A model generated the notes under the pieces. The model searched no databases. It was given only the letters and a program-made list of their open reading frames with translations, and had not been told where the DNA came from. Shown piece after piece: positions 62,261-64,000 of a stretch of 64,000 nucleotides of DNA. Source of the DNA: Lama guanicoe (lineage: Eukaryota); the NCBI GenBank assembly GCA_013239625.1, contig MU054187.1, positions 10,871,231-10,935,230 of the forward strand, given 5' to 3'. How positions within the stretch are numbered: the first letter of the stretch is position 1; each line of letters opens with the position of its first letter. The translations under genes were made by a program, and so were the position numbers.

Positions 62261-63593
62261 TTCTTCCAAAATTGTTTGAGCATATACTAGCTGGAAGGCA
62301 CCATGCACAAAAGAATAGGAAAATAAAGCATTATTATTGGAGAAGGCAGAAGATCCCTCTCCAATAATAATGGAAAAGGGACTCTATTATTGGAAACCTC
62401 AGTGTTTTAGGAAATTTACGTTGTGTTTAATGCTAGTGGACCCTTGGGTAAGCTGGAGCAGTGACCATAATTTATCCCATATTGTAATACGACAGTTCCT
62501 AGCTCAATATATGCTTGCTCTAAGCAGATTTCAAATATTCTGGCTTGCTTCCAGGAAGAACACAGAGCTTGTAATTTCAATTACATGGCATTTCAAGTAG
62601 AACCATGTCCTAATCCTGGGTGGAGGGATTAGAGTTGACTGCCAGGACAACAACAAGGTTCAGAGGAGGATTATTGTTTTTAGATCATTTTAAGGACCCA
62701 AGTGGACCAGCTTACCACTGTGCTTGAAAACATCCCAAAGGCTAAAGGACTTAGTACTTGGCGAACCTTATTAGAAAAATGTAGATTGTGTGAAGTGGTT
62801 GTATACAGGGTCTCACTGGAAAGCTAAAACTTTTGCATTTCACATTGTGTTGAGGGGTTAAAGGACTGAATTACAATTAGTCTCCGAAACTATGGGTTAG
62901 GATTTGTTTGATACAAAGGTGTAACAACAGCTGTTAGAAATATTTGGCTGTATTAAAGGAAACAAACAAACAAAAATCTTCAAGCCTGAGTAGATAGACA
63001 ATAAGAGGATAGAACGGATGTATTAATTATTTTGTTATGACATTGCTTTCTGAAATTATTAGTAAAATTTACATTGGATTGAAATTTTAAAAATAAAAAA
63101 ATATTTGTTCTGTTAATTTAAAAAATTAATCATATTACAAATAATTTCTTAAAATCTCATATAAATTCAGGTGTATCACAAGGTCAAATCACAAGATAAA
63201 AGTCTGAGAGCTCATTATGTTTGAGTTAATTGCAGTCCCAACTTCACGGGCTCAAAGGATACGGAGAACCCTAATAGCAGTTCCATTCTCAAACATCTGC
63301 TTTGAGATCCTCCTGCTTTTCCTCAACTTCTCCAGGTTAAAGGAAGCTAAGACCTCAAGATGAAGAACACACCTCTGTTTAACTTGTGAGAGAGCTCTTT
63401 CTTATTTAGAGTGATCAAAATTTAGTACCTTTTACTTTCCACAGGTGGTGTTGACGTCTCATTAAATTCAGCTTCCCTGCCTTTGGAGTCCATGAACAAA
63501 CAATCCCTCGAAACCTTTTAAACTATTTCCCTGGCAAGGCTTGTAACTGTGAGTCCAGCCTTGTCATCTAGGATGCTCCCTTGGTAGCATTTT

Positions 63594-63800
63594 GAGCATG
63601 TGCTGGAGCTGGCTCACAGTGGCTCCCCGGGGATGGTAGTGCCATCTTTCCCAGCTCTGTGGACAGTGACATCACACTGGCAGCTTGAAATCAGCCCTGC
63701 TGGAATATTTAAACTACAGAAATCAGCAAATGTTGCATACTAAGAGCCTTAATTTTTCCTCTAGAGAACTGACTCTTAAACTTCTACCAGCACATCACTG
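63594..63800. mobile_element. MER63A-like hAT MITE
   Basis: TIRs atgtgctgg and ccagcacat(cactg), internal cagtgacatcacactggcagcttgaaatcagcc. Confidence 0.8.
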
Positions 63801-64000
63801 ATACTAAGAATCCGGGTAGAAATACAGAGAATGATGCTGTAGAAACTGACAGGTCACTTCTTCTGGGTATCACTGGCAAAACTTATTGTGCATGCACGGC
63901 TGGGGCTCCCAGGCCTGTCTCCCAGGAACTTGTATCCTTCTAGAGAATTCCACAGAGCTAAGTATATGAGATGTGATCAGGATTTTTCAAATTTAATTAA

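Noticed and set aside
63445..63465. Strong acceptor ccttttactttccacag as the next C8orf34 exon
   Set aside because: It reads VVLTSH-stop and does not match the expected next peptide (GEASSGVG..., recalled), which I did not find in the window.
1..64000. CRISPR arrays, operons or other prokaryotic systems
   Set aside because: No spaced direct repeats and no dense coding. The sequence is mammalian intron.

Overview
Mammalian nuclear DNA, very probably camelid (alpaca/camel): it carries a tRNA-Ala-derived Vic-1-type SINE. The window lies inside the + strand gene C8orf34. Three internal coding exons (5557-5692, 41113-41198, 46539-46615) have canonical AG/GT sites, join in frame and match the human C8orf34 peptide as I recall it; none appears in the ORF track. 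The rest is intron, dense in decayed repeats. These include two TSD-bounded, antisense class I (gamma-like) ERV proviruses (207-5347 and 17088-23925), a solo LTR nested in the first, solo ERVL/MaLR LTRs, L1, L2, L3/CR1, MIR and hAT MITEs. The ORF-track entries are repeat remnants or chance ORFs. I see no convincing new biological system. The best leads are a pol-less provirus with a tRNA-Leu PBS and an EnvV-like env remnant, a compact two-state hairpin/pseudoknot-capable motif at 25444-25503, a near-symmetric inverted L1 pair at 60.7-61.9 kb, and two candidate cryptic exons. Repeat family names come from memory of consensus sequences, not a search, and boundaries without TSDs are approximate.
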